A DNA stretch of 32,000 nucleotides, taken from positions 3,960,001 through 3,992,000 of the forward strand of contig NC_009483.1 of the NCBI RefSeq assembly GCF_000016745.1, written 5' to 3'. The position numbers and the translations under genes are program-made. Each line of letters starts with the position of its first letter. The first letter of the stretch is position 1. Positions 9,837 through 17,257 of this stretch are shown in pieces. Below the pieces are notes generated by a model, which saw only the letters and a program-made list of their open reading frames with translations, made no database searches and was not told the origin of the DNA. This DNA comes from Geotalea uraniireducens Rf4 (GTDB lineage Bacteria > Desulfobacterota > Desulfuromonadia > Geobacterales > Geobacteraceae).

Positions 9837-10078
9837 TCATCCTTATCCCAGTCTGTTTCTCCGCTCAAATCCACGTCAATCATCTTATCGTCGCCGCTCT
9901 CAGCCATGAGCCGAAATTTTTCCCCCCACCCTTGACGGGGGTGAGACGCAGAGCGGATGACTATTTTTTCATCTTCCACCACAAGTTCCACCTCCGTTCC
10001 AAGATGACTCTGTTCAAGGAGAACTTTAGGAATCCTTATACCTTGGGAATTTCCTATGCGTATTATGTTTGTCCTCAT
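9824..10078 (-). CDS. mazE: AbrB/MazE/SpoVT-family antitoxin
   Basis: [23 protein letters not shown] is the SpoVT-AbrB swapped-hairpin motif, and the C-terminal tail is acidic and Trp-rich. I chose ATG 10078 (GGAGGA 7 nt upstream) over the longer track ORF. A GTAATTAC palindrome at 10123..10130 lies upstream. Confidence 0.8.
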   Translation of the reverse strand: MRTNIIRIGNSQGIRIPKVLLEQSHLGTEVELVVEDEKIVIRSASHPRQGWGEKFRLMAESGDDKMIDVDLSGETDWDKDEWEW

Positions 10079-10215
10079 ATTTGATTTCCTCCAAAGGTAA
10101 TGATTGCTTGAGTGCATACATTGTAATTACTAACGTAAAAGGCGTCAAGATATTCTTTAATCCCTTCTCCATGCTCCGCGGTCAGTATTTTCTTAAAGTT
10201 CGGCCATTCGGTCCG

Positions 10216-10545
10216 TTAATGAGCCAGATAGCTGACAGGGTACAAGAATCAGCAAAAACGGTTGGAAGTCTGGGAGCACGTAGCGACCAGATCGGCGCCA
10301 TCATCGGCACTATCGAAGACATCGCTGACCAGACCAACCTGCTTGCTTTGAATGCTGCCATTGAAGCAGCCCGCGCGGGTGAACAGAGGAGAGGTTTTGC
10401 GGTTGTTGCCGATGAAGTCAGAGCGCTTGCAGAGCGCACCACACGGGCAACAAAAGAGATCGGCGGAATGATAAAAGCCATCCAGAACGAGACAAAAGGC
10501 GCTGTTGCGGTTATGGAACAGGGGGTGCATCAGGTAGAAACGTTT
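10216..10545 (+). pseudogene. Relic of a methyl-accepting chemotaxis protein gene (internal signalling-domain fragment only)
   Basis: It encodes ..[63 protein letters not shown]. There is no TM, sensor, HAMP or C-terminal part. The conserved GE-GRGF motif is changed to GEQRRGF. Homology stops at the repeat junction near 10545. Confidence 0.7.
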
Positions 10546-10549
10546 CAAG

Positions 10550-10770
10550 CCAGCGTTGTCCGGTTTGGTTTTTGCTTACGTCCCGTAGGGACAGAATACT
10601 GGTAGCCGGGGAATTCATTCCCCGGTCATCCAGGCGAAATATCATCACGTCACGTACGTGACGTGGGGAAATATAGCATCTCATCCGGGGGATGAATCCC
10701 CCGGCTACATTCGAACGCCCCTAATGGGGCTTAACAACCTTGATGCACAAACCAAACCGGACAACGCTGG
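10550..10770. mobile_element. MITE-like non-autonomous element: 221 bp, 22-bp perfect terminal inverted repeats, 7-bp target-site duplication
   Basis: The left TIR CCAGCGTTGTCCGGTTTGGTTT (10550..10571) is the exact reverse complement of 10749..10770. It is flanked by direct TTTCAAG at 10543..10549 and 10771..10777. The interior is a nested imperfect palindrome with hairpins at 10606..10625 and 10685..10704 and a perfect 20-bp palindrome CACGTCACGTACGTGACGTG at 10646..10665. It has no coding capacity. Confidence 0.75.
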
Positions 10771-10895
10771 TTTCAAGCAGGTTTATCGCTTGAATATGTG
10801 TTCAGTTCAAACTTTTTCAGGCTGATGAAACATCGCCTGAAGACAGGCAGGATGCCTATCCTCCGACGTCAAAACATAACATGCTGAAAAGTTAC
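10771..10895 (-). repeat. Copy A (truncated) of a ~125-167 nt palindromic intergenic repeat family
   Basis: It aligns by eye over ~125 nt, with about ten differences, to the reverse complement of 29917..30038. It contains hairpin modules CAAGC-N-GCTTG, TTGAA-N-TTCAA and TCAGG-N-CCTGA, plus the GGCAGGATGCCTATCCTCC motif. Confidence 0.8.
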
Positions 10896-10900
10896 GCTTT

Positions 10901-11683
10901 TTAAGGTTCATTGGTGACAGCGCCGGGAGAAGAATCCCCGAACTCCGTCAGGTGCTTCCGGTGGCGAAGCGGCACAAGCTGCCGCTGGAGGTCGGGATTG
11001 CGCCGCGCTTCGATGGCGAGACGCTTGAAATAGCCTTGCCACAGGGCGGCGCAGACATCTTCCTCCTTCGTGCTTCTGGGCACACCGGCCAGCTCGACGC
11101 CACGCAGGAGCTTGACCCGCCCCCCTTCGCAGAACAGAGCCTGGCCGCGGCGCAGATCGTGGATCACCCAGGGGCGGTCAGCCAGACGGTCTGCAAAGTG
11201 GGGGGCCAGGAACGGCAGGACGTCGGTTTCCGGTTCGATCGGGGCATAGAATAACGAGGCGCTCCCGGACCACTCGACCTCCCGGAAGCGGACGAAACCG
11301 AGAAAACGGTGCACCTCCCGCTCTACCCGCCGCGCCAGTTGCTGCACCGGCTGGACCAGCGGATCGGCCTTCATCCCTTCCAGCCGCCGTCCCACCCGGA
11401 AGCCGAGCCGGAGATAGCGCCACAGAAGAAGCTCCACGCCACTGGCCTCGCTGTGAAAGGCATGGCGCGCAGTGGCAAAGGCATCCCGCGAGACCTCGCG
11501 GACGATACGCTCAAAGAAGGCCAGGGCGACATCCCGGTCTGACGCCACCGCCACGACCTGGTCGAACAGGCCGCCGTCACCCCCCTCTCCCCGGAAGAAC
11601 CCCGCCGGTTCAGCATCGTCGATGGTCAGGGCCGTCGCGCAGAGGAATCCCTCGAAACTCCCGTCATAGCGGATGATCGTCAC
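10901..11683 (-). CDS. DUF4130 / TIGR03915-type putative DNA metabolism protein, partner of the radical SAM gene
   Basis: (V)TIIRYDGSFEGFLCA.. with ..FHSE..ELLLWRYLRLGF.. and ..FLGFVRFRE..LFYAPIEPE..VLPFLAPHF..R...PWVIHD matches my memory of the family that co-occurs with TIGR03916 radical SAM proteins. I chose GTG 11683, which overlaps the upstream stop as GTGA and has GGGGGAG upstream. The track's 387-aa version is an artefactual N-terminal extension. Confidence 0.7.
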   Translation of the reverse strand: MTIIRYDGSFEGFLCATALTIDDAEPAGFFRGEGGDGGLFDQVVAVASDRDVALAFFERIVREVSRDAFATARHAFHSEASGVELLLWRYLRLGFRVGRRLEGMKADPLVQPVQQLARRVEREVHRFLGFVRFREVEWSGSASLFYAPIEPETDVLPFLAPHFADRLADRPWVIHDLRRGQALFCEGGRVKLLRGVELAGVPRSTKEEDVCAALWQGYFKRLAIEARRNPDLQRQLVPLRHRKHLTEFGDSSPGAVTNEP

Positions 11684-12966
11684 AACTCCCCCGTCATTGC
11701 CGAGCTGTCCACCAAAGAGGGAAACAGCTCCAGTTGGGCCTGCCGCGCCTTCTGCCGGTTCGGCGCCAGGAGCACCTCCGCCAGCCGCGCCTCGTCCAGC
11801 GTCTTTCCCGCAAGGCTCCGCCCGCCTGCGGTGAGAAACCAGCGCGCCCGCTTCAGCACCACCCCGAGCCGCTTCAGTTCCGCCTCGCCCAGACGGGTAT
11901 GACGCCTGGCCTGGACGATCCTTTGGGCCGAGCGGACGCCGATACCCGGCACCCGCAACAGCACCTCGTAATCGGCCCGGTTCACCTCCACCGGGAAGAG
12001 GTGCAGGTGGCGCATGGCCCAGCAGGTCTTGGGATCGAAGCGCTGGTCCAGGTTGGGGCGGCACTCGTCCAGGAGTTCGTGGGCGCTGAAGCCATAAAAG
12101 CGGAGCAGCCAGTCGGCCTGGTAGAGGCGGTGCTCCCGCAAAAGTGGCGGGCCTGCCAGGGCGGGGAGGCGGTTGTCGCTTGCCACGGGAATGAAGGCGG
12201 AGTAGTAGACCCGCTTCATCCCCAGGCGCTGGTAGAGGCCCTCGCTCAGGGTGATGATCTCCCGGTCGCTCTCCGGCGTGGCCCCCACGATCAACTGGGT
12301 ACTCTGCCCGGCCGGGGCGAACTGCGGCGCCTTGCGCGATTTGCTGCGTTCCTCCCTGGCAGACTCGATCAGCCCGGAGAGCTGGCGCATCGGTTTAATA
12401 ACCGCGTCGCGGGGCTTGTCGAGGGCCAGGAGGTACAGGCTTTGGCGGGACGGCAGCTCGATGTTGACGCTCACCCGGTCCGCATACAGCCCTACTTCCT
12501 CAACCAGCAGCGGATCGGCCCCCGGCACCACCTTCAGGTGGATGTACCCGTTGAAGCGTTCCTCTTCCCTGAGCCTGCGGGCCACGGCGATCAACTGCTC
12601 CATGGTGTGGTCAGGCGAGCGCACCACGCCGGTGCTGAGAAACAGACCTTCGATGTAGTTGCGTCGGTAGAAATCCGCGGTCAGGCGCACCACCTCGTCG
12701 GGAGTCAGTGCGGCACGGGGGATGTCGTTGCTGCGACGGTTGATGCAGTAGGCGCAGTCGTAGATGCAGGCGTTGGTGAGGAGGATCTTGAAGAGCGAGA
12801 TGCAGCGGCCGTCGGCGGTCCAGGTGTGGCAGATGCCGCTGGACGCGGCGCTACCAAGCCCGCCCGGCACACCCTTGCGGCTGCTGCCGCTGGAGGAGCA
12901 GGAGACGTCGTATTTAGCGCTGTCGGCAAGGATTTCCAGGCGCTGAGCTAAGGGGAGATCGTTCAT
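11680..12966 (-). CDS. Putative DNA modification/repair radical SAM protein (TIGR03916-like) with C-terminal helix-hairpin-helix
   Basis: It has the CX3CX2C motif (NACIYDCAYC), the N-terminal AKYDVSC block and a C-terminal LLRVPGIGVRSAQRIV HhH motif. It is translationally coupled to the DUF4130 gene. Confidence 0.8.
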   Translation of the reverse strand: MNDLPLAQRLEILADSAKYDVSCSSSGSSRKGVPGGLGSAASSGICHTWTADGRCISLFKILLTNACIYDCAYCINRRSNDIPRAALTPDEVVRLTADFYRRNYIEGLFLSTGVVRSPDHTMEQLIAVARRLREEERFNGYIHLKVVPGADPLLVEEVGLYADRVSVNIELPSRQSLYLLALDKPRDAVIKPMRQLSGLIESAREERSKSRKAPQFAPAGQSTQLIVGATPESDREIITLSEGLYQRLGMKRVYYSAFIPVASDNRLPALAGPPLLREHRLYQADWLLRFYGFSAHELLDECRPNLDQRFDPKTCWAMRHLHLFPVEVNRADYEVLLRVPGIGVRSAQRIVQARRHTRLGEAELKRLGVVLKRARWFLTAGGRSLAGKTLDEARLAEVLLAPNRQKARQAQLELFPSLVDSSAMTGEL

Positions 12967-13084
12967 GGTACGGAGAATGCCACAGGAGTGCGACAGGATA
13001 CGTCACATTCTCTAAATTAATCGGTATGCAGCATTCCTTATCGGGGAAGCGACAAGGGTAGGTTGACGAACTGCTTTGCGCCGG

Positions 13085-13663
13085 TTACCTGAATACGGCC
13101 GGAAGGTCTACTGTCAAATCCTCAAAGATACCAACACGAATCGTATCCTCTTCGGCATAGATTCCAGGCCTGCCATAGCGGCCGTCTGCGCCGATGGTAA
13201 AGACCATCACGGTTTTTGCAGTCGGGTCGGCTAACCAGTATTCCCTCACCCCGGCCCGTTCATAGCGCAGAAACTTGTCCTTCAGGTCCTTACGGGATGT
13301 TGCCGGCGAAAGTACCTCTACAATCAGGTCCGGGCTCCCCTTGCAGCCTGCATCATCCAGTTTGCTCTGGTCGCAGATGACGGCGATATCCGGCTGGACA
13401 ACCGTCGCAACGTCGTCATCCGCTTCGTCGGCTTCCGGCAGGCGCACGTCGAAGTGAGCGGCGTAAACTTCGCAGGGCTTATCGGTCAGGTAATTGGCGA
13501 ACTGGCGGAACAGCTCTCCGGCTATCTTCTGGTGTTTTCTTGAAGGCGCCGGTGTCATGCTGTAAGGAACTCCGTCGATCAGCTCCCAGGATTTCCCGTC
13601 ATTCCACTTTTTGTACTCGCCGTAGGTGTACCGCTCATTCGCATTCAACGCCAAAGGTCCCAT
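13085..13663 (-). CDS. Uma2-family (DUF820, PD-(D/E)xK) endonuclease
   Basis: YTYGEY..W..W-ELIDG.. with ..QPDIAV.. and ..PDLIVEVLSP.T...D...K...YE..GV.EYW..DP is the typical Uma2 pattern. I chose ATG 13663 (AAGGAG upstream). The longer track ORF would overlap tatA. Confidence 0.8.
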   Translation of the reverse strand: MGPLALNANERYTYGEYKKWNDGKSWELIDGVPYSMTPAPSRKHQKIAGELFRQFANYLTDKPCEVYAAHFDVRLPEADEADDDVATVVQPDIAVICDQSKLDDAGCKGSPDLIVEVLSPATSRKDLKDKFLRYERAGVREYWLADPTAKTVMVFTIGADGRYGRPGIYAEEDTIRVGIFEDLTVDLPAVFR

Positions 13664-13746
13664 CGCGCGCTCCTTCTTGCCGGATGATATCTTGTCGCAA
13701 GTATACAGAAACAGGCTTGATTTTCCAGCAAAAAGAATGCGGCGCA

Positions 13747-13779
13747 AAGAGGCCCGCCACTGGATGCGACGGGCCTCTT
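13747..13779 (-). terminator. Possible intrinsic terminator after tatA
   Basis: A perfect 10-bp stem AAGAGGCCCG/CGGGCCUCUU with a 13-nt loop. The U-rich tract (UCUUUUU) starts only about 10 nt after the stem, so this is a weak call. Confidence 0.3.
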
Positions 13780-13805
13780 CGTGCAGAAGTATCACAGCCG
13801 TTCGA

Positions 13806-13976
13806 CTACTGCGGCTCCTTGTCCAGCTTTGCCACATCGTCGCCGCTGCTGGCTTTCTTAAAATTTCTGATACCGCTTCCCAGCGCCTGGCCAAGCTGCG
13901 GCAGTTTTGCCGGGCCGACCACGACCAGCGCCAGCACCAATATTATGATCATTTCCGGCATGCCGAATCCAAACAT
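13806..13976 (-). CDS. tatA: Twin-arginine translocase subunit TatA/E (56 aa; below the ORF-track size cutoff)
   Basis: My translation is MFGFGMPEMIIILVLALVVVGPAKLPQLGQALGSGIRNFKKASSGDDVAKLDKEPQ-TAG. It has the canonical TatA TM helix plus the FG/GP hinge and an amphipathic helix. AAGGAGAAG lies upstream of the ATG. Confidence 0.85.
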   Translation of the reverse strand: MFGFGMPEMIIILVLALVVVGPAKLPQLGQALGSGIRNFKKASSGDDVAKLDKEPQ

Positions 13977-14019
13977 CTGTCTTCTCCTTTTGTCCTTTAA
14001 CCAAAAATCTCAGGTTAAT

Positions 14020-14198
14020 CCAGTATTGTCCGGTTTGAACTATGCAATGACTCTCCAAGCCATAAAAACCAGCACATTACACCCTCCCCCACCCCCTCCC
14101 ATCAAGGGAGGGGAGCTTCAAAGTCCCCTCGCCCCTTGTGGGAGAGGGCTAGGGTGAGGGGGGAAGTGCGGATGCAAAAACTTAACCGGACACTTTTG
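14020..14198. repeat. REP/MITE-like composite with ends related to the 10550..10770 element
   Basis: The left end CCAGTATTGTCCGGTTTG resembles the MITE TIR CCAGCGTTGTCCGGTTTG. The right end AAACTTAACCGGACAC resembles AAACCAAACCGGACAAC. The interior has GC hairpins (CCCTCCCATCAAGGGAGGG; CCCCTCGCCCCTTGTGGGAGAGGGCTAGGGTGAGGGG). Boundaries are approximate. Confidence 0.5.
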
Positions 14199-14262
14199 AA
14201 GCTGACTGATTTTTCAGGTTTACGTTTACTGTCAACCAACCACTAATCCCCAAAAACAGCAC

Positions 14263-14395
14263 TTAGCCAAGACACGAATAAACACGAATGTTTTTGCCTC
14301 CTTGTTAAGTCTTGAGTAGTTACCGAGCAGGTGAGTGCTCGGCATCACAAGAGCTTCTTGTATATTCGTGCAGATTCGTGAAAATTCGTGGCTAA
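14263..14395. repeat. Palindromic intergenic repeat with CACGAAT/ATTCGTG iterons
   Basis: The left arm is TTAGCCAAGACACGAATAAACACGAATG and the right arm is TATTCGTGCAGATTCGTGAAAATTCGTGGCTAA. The central hairpin is CCGAGCA-GGTGAG-TGCTCGG. Confidence 0.6.
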
Positions 14396-14410
14396 AACGC
14401 TTTTTCTTGG

Positions 14411-15862
14411 CTAATTTATCGCCCGGCCAAGCTCTTGCCCTGGCTCGGAAAGCGGCCCGCCGCCCCTTTTTTCCCCGTCCCGCAGGCTGAAGTAGTCCGC
14501 CGGGGTGTTGATGTTGCGGAAAGAGTCAAAGGCGGGATCGAAGCGGGCGATTTCATCCTGACGGATCTTTTTGACATTCGTCCTGTCGAAAAACGAGACG
14601 ATCCGTCTTTCGCCATGCAGTAGGGTCACCTCGATGGCGGCAAGGCAGCCCCGTCCGTAAAAGGCGTGGAGCGGCTCAAGCCCGAGCGGGCTTTCCGGGA
14701 TGAGCACCCCACCCTCGTCGGCCCGCGCGGCAAGATGCCGTATCAGGTCGCTGTTGAGATAGGGCATGTCGCAGGCAACTGCAAAAATGGCCGGGGTCCC
14801 GCTGTGGGTGAGTCCCGCATGGATACCGGCCAGGGCGCCCATGCCGGGAAAGATATCCGGAACCTTTTTGCACGGAAGGAACGCATACTGCTCCGGCGCA
14901 TTGGTGACGACGATCACCTCCGGGAAGATCTCCTTCAACTGCCGGTAGATGGATTCGATGAACCGCCCACCCTTGTAGGGCAGGAGCGCCTTGTTGCTCC
15001 CCATCCGGCTGGAGGCGCCGCCGGCGAGTATCACGCCGGTGACTCCTGCAATGGGGGATGATGGTACGGTCCGTGCGGGTCTGAGAGTCGCCCCTGCTGT
15101 TGCCGGAACCGCCAACCGCTCCTGGTGCGCATAGACGTTGAACTTATTGCCGCGCAGATAACCGACGAGGGTGATGCCGGCATCCGCGCACATCTTGACC
15201 GCCATGTCGGTCGGCGAGGTGCGCGAGGCGATGAGGGCGATCCCCAGCTGCGCCGCCTTGGCAGCCATCTCAGTCGAGATACGGCCGGAGGTGACGAGCA
15301 TCTTGCCGTTCAGGTCTACCCTCTTGAGCAGCGCCTCGCCGGCAATCCGGTCGAGGGTGTTGTGCCGCCCCAGGTCCTCGGCGTAGAGGAGGATGGTGCC
15401 GTCCGGTTCGCCGACCGCGGCGGAGTGAATGCCGCCGTGGCTCCGGTAATTGTCCGCTTCCCTGGCCAGCGCATCCATGAGGGCAAAGACGGCGGCAGGA
15501 TCAACGGGCGACGCTGCCCCAATGTTGCCGCACAACTTTGCTGCAACCGGCATGGTAAAGGTAATTCCCGTCCCGCAACCGCTGGTCAAAACCGGCTTCA
15601 ACCGCTCCGGCAGTTCCCCCTTGATCCGCACATTGGCAATGCCGAAGTCCTCGCAGACCGAAAGCATGTGGAAGTCGTCGACGGAATCGACGAACCCCTG
15701 CAGCCGCAGGAAGCCGGCGACGAGGAAGCGGAGGTCATGGGGGGAAGCGATGAGGGTGGCGATCTCCCGGCCGTTGACGTGGAGCACCAGCGGAAATTCG
15801 CGGACAATCGTCCCCTGTTTCGGTTCGAAACGGCCGTTTGTGTATGTATAGATTGTCTTCAT
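14411..15862 (-). CDS. fdhD: Fusion protein: FdhD-like sulfurtransferase/FDH accessory domain (N-terminal) plus MobA molybdenum cofactor guanylyltransferase domain (C-terminal)
   Basis: The N-terminal ~260 aa is FdhD-like (LVLHVNG.., SPHDL..L..GFL..QG, TSGCG, HSAA..., GRHN.LD...G, VTSGRIS.EM..KAA..GI....S.TSPT). After a P/A/T-rich linker comes a MobA-like domain (GVILAGGASSRMGSNKALLPY.G..., ACDMPYL). Confidence 0.8.
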   Translation of the reverse strand: MKTIYTYTNGRFEPKQGTIVREFPLVLHVNGREIATLIASPHDLRFLVAGFLRLQGFVDSVDDFHMLSVCEDFGIANVRIKGELPERLKPVLTSGCGTGITFTMPVAAKLCGNIGAASPVDPAAVFALMDALAREADNYRSHGGIHSAAVGEPDGTILLYAEDLGRHNTLDRIAGEALLKRVDLNGKMLVTSGRISTEMAAKAAQLGIALIASRTSPTDMAVKMCADAGITLVGYLRGNKFNVYAHQERLAVPATAGATLRPARTVPSSPIAGVTGVILAGGASSRMGSNKALLPYKGGRFIESIYRQLKEIFPEVIVVTNAPEQYAFLPCKKVPDIFPGMGALAGIHAGLTHSGTPAIFAVACDMPYLNSDLIRHLAARADEGGVLIPESPLGLEPLHAFYGRGCLAAIEVTLLHGERRIVSFFDRTNVKKIRQDEIARFDPAFDSFRNINTPADYFSLRDGEKRGGGPLSEPGQELGRAIN

Positions 15863-15905
15863 TTCAAAACCTTTCTGATTAGCACCAATCTTCCGCAGAA
15901 GTTAC

Positions 15906-16012
15906 CCCCCTTTGAGAAAGGGGGCCCTGACTGCGGGCCTAAAGGGCAAGGGGGGATTTTCCTGGTTGCAATGAAAAGCAAATCCCCCTAAATCCCCCTT
16001 TCGTAAAGGGGG
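15906..16012. repeat. Cluster of REP-like GC hairpins between the nrfD-like gene and fdhD-mobA
   Basis: CCCCCTTT-GAG-AAAGGGGG lies at 15906..15924 and CCCCCTTT-CGT-AAAGGGGG at 15994..16012. A GGGGATTT...AAATCCCC hairpin lies at about 15952..15988. Confidence 0.7.
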
Positions 16013-16045
16013 ACTTGGTTTTACGGAGAATTGCCTATCGATCAA

Positions 16046-17257
16046 TTACGCCTCGCTCCCCACCTTGCCATGCTCCCCATGCTCTTTCTCGATCTTGCGG
16101 AAGTGGTCGGGGATCGAATAGTCCACCGTTTCCGGATGGTGTTCGAAGATCGGGAAATACTTGGCGATGAGAACGAAGAAGAGTATCTCCGCCGCGATGA
16201 TGCCGACGGTGACGAGCGTCTCGACCAGTGACGGGATGTAGACCTGCCCGTCGTGGATCATGCCGTACATGGAGACGTTGAAGCGGTTCAGCACCAGGCC
16301 GAAGATCAAAAGCCCGGCGGCGATGGCGCGCAGCCGGTTGTCGGTGCGGACCTTTTTGCGCATGAACATGAAGAACGGCACGAAGACCCCGGCAATCGTT
16401 TCCACGGCGAACAGGGCAACCATCCCCGGCCGGTCGAAGAACGGCCCCTGGCTGAGGAAGAAGAGGGCATAGGCCTTGACCAGGATATAGACGCCGATCA
16501 CCCAGGGGATGATCCGCGCCAGGGTTTCCAGGAGTTCCGATTCGTCCTCCTGGCCGAGCCACTTATGGGTCATGGTCGCTTCGAGAATGATGATGGAAAG
16601 GCCGCTGAAGATGGCGGAAATCCAGAACAGAAGCGGCAGCAGCGGGTTGTACCAGAGGCTGTGCAGCTTATCCACGGCGATGAGGAAGAAGGTACCGAGC
16701 GACGACTGGTGGAGGGTGGAGATGGCCGCGGCGGCAACCACCAGGGGCATCTCCAGGGTGCGGAGCACCCGGAGCGGCAGGTGATAGCCGAACCGTTCGC
16801 AGACCGGCGAGAGGAACTCCAGGAAGAGGACCGTGGTGTAGGCCATGATGCACATGGATACTTCGAACATGGGTGAATGGGGATTCCAGAAGACCATGGT
16901 GTGCCAGCAGCGCTGCGGTTGCCCCAGGTCGAGGAGCAGCCCGACGCTCACCAGGGAGTATCCGAGAAAACCGGTGACGATGGCCGGCCGCACCAGCGGC
17001 TCCAGCTTCTTGATATGGAAGCAGTGGGTGATCGCACCGAGGGTGAAGGCGCCGGCGGCCAGAGGCACGGCGGTGACCACGTCGAAGGATATCCACAACC
17101 CCCATGGGTAGGTATCGTTCAGGTTGGTGGTCACGCCGAGGCCGAAGATAAAACGGACCAGCGAGGCGAGGGCTCCGAGGCCGACCAGCACCATGAGGAA
17201 CTTGAGAAAGCGGTGGTACCCCTTTATTTCATTGATGATAAGTCTTGCAGCGGTCAT
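16046..17257 (-). CDS. NrfD/PsrC-family integral membrane quinone-interacting subunit of the FDH complex
   Basis: 403 aa with about 9-10 hydrophobic helices and no haem or Cys motifs. It has an ATGA start/stop overlap with the upstream Fe-S subunit gene. The position and topology are typical of the NrfD-type anchor of complex iron-sulfur molybdoenzymes. Confidence 0.8.
   Translation of the reverse strand: MTAARLIINEIKGYHRFLKFLMVLVGLGALASLVRFIFGLGVTTNLNDTYPWGLWISFDVVTAVPLAAGAFTLGAITHCFHIKKLEPLVRPAIVTGFLGYSLVSVGLLLDLGQPQRCWHTMVFWNPHSPMFEVSMCIMAYTTVLFLEFLSPVCERFGYHLPLRVLRTLEMPLVVAAAAISTLHQSSLGTFFLIAVDKLHSLWYNPLLPLLFWISAIFSGLSIIILEATMTHKWLGQEDESELLETLARIIPWVIGVYILVKAYALFFLSQGPFFDRPGMVALFAVETIAGVFVPFFMFMRKKVRTDNRLRAIAAGLLIFGLVLNRFNVSMYGMIHDGQVYIPSLVETLVTVGIIAAEILFFVLIAKYFPIFEHHPETVDYSIPDHFRKIEKEHGEHGKVGSEA

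Noticed and set aside
10069-10605. 178-aa ORF taken as an intact small MCP-like gene
   Set aside because: Only the central ~110 residues are MCP-like. The N-terminal part is antisense to, or in the promoter DNA of, mazE. The C-terminal part reads into the MITE terminal repeat. I called it a relic instead.
10901-12064. 387-aa version of the DUF4130 gene, and the 269-aa version of the Uma2 gene (13085..13894)
   Set aside because: The N-terminal extensions are P/G/A/R-rich and overlap the radical SAM gene and tatA respectively. Internal starts with good Shine-Dalgarno sequences (GTG 11683, ATG 13663) coincide with the onset of family-like sequence.
14173-14188. Sigma54-like match CGGTTA-AGTTT-TTGCA on the minus strand upstream of tatA
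   Set aside because: Only the GG and TTGCA are present, and the -24 half is poor. It lies inside a repeat-element terminus about 200 nt from tatA, so it is probably fortuitous.
9384-14410. The whole 9.4-14.4 kb stretch (toxin-antitoxin, nuclease, radical SAM pair) as a phage-defence island or integrated mobile element
   Set aside because: There is no integrase, recombinase, transposase, tRNA target or flanking att-like direct repeats, and no obvious change in base composition by eye. The genes are more simply read as scattered accessory genes in a repeat-rich region.
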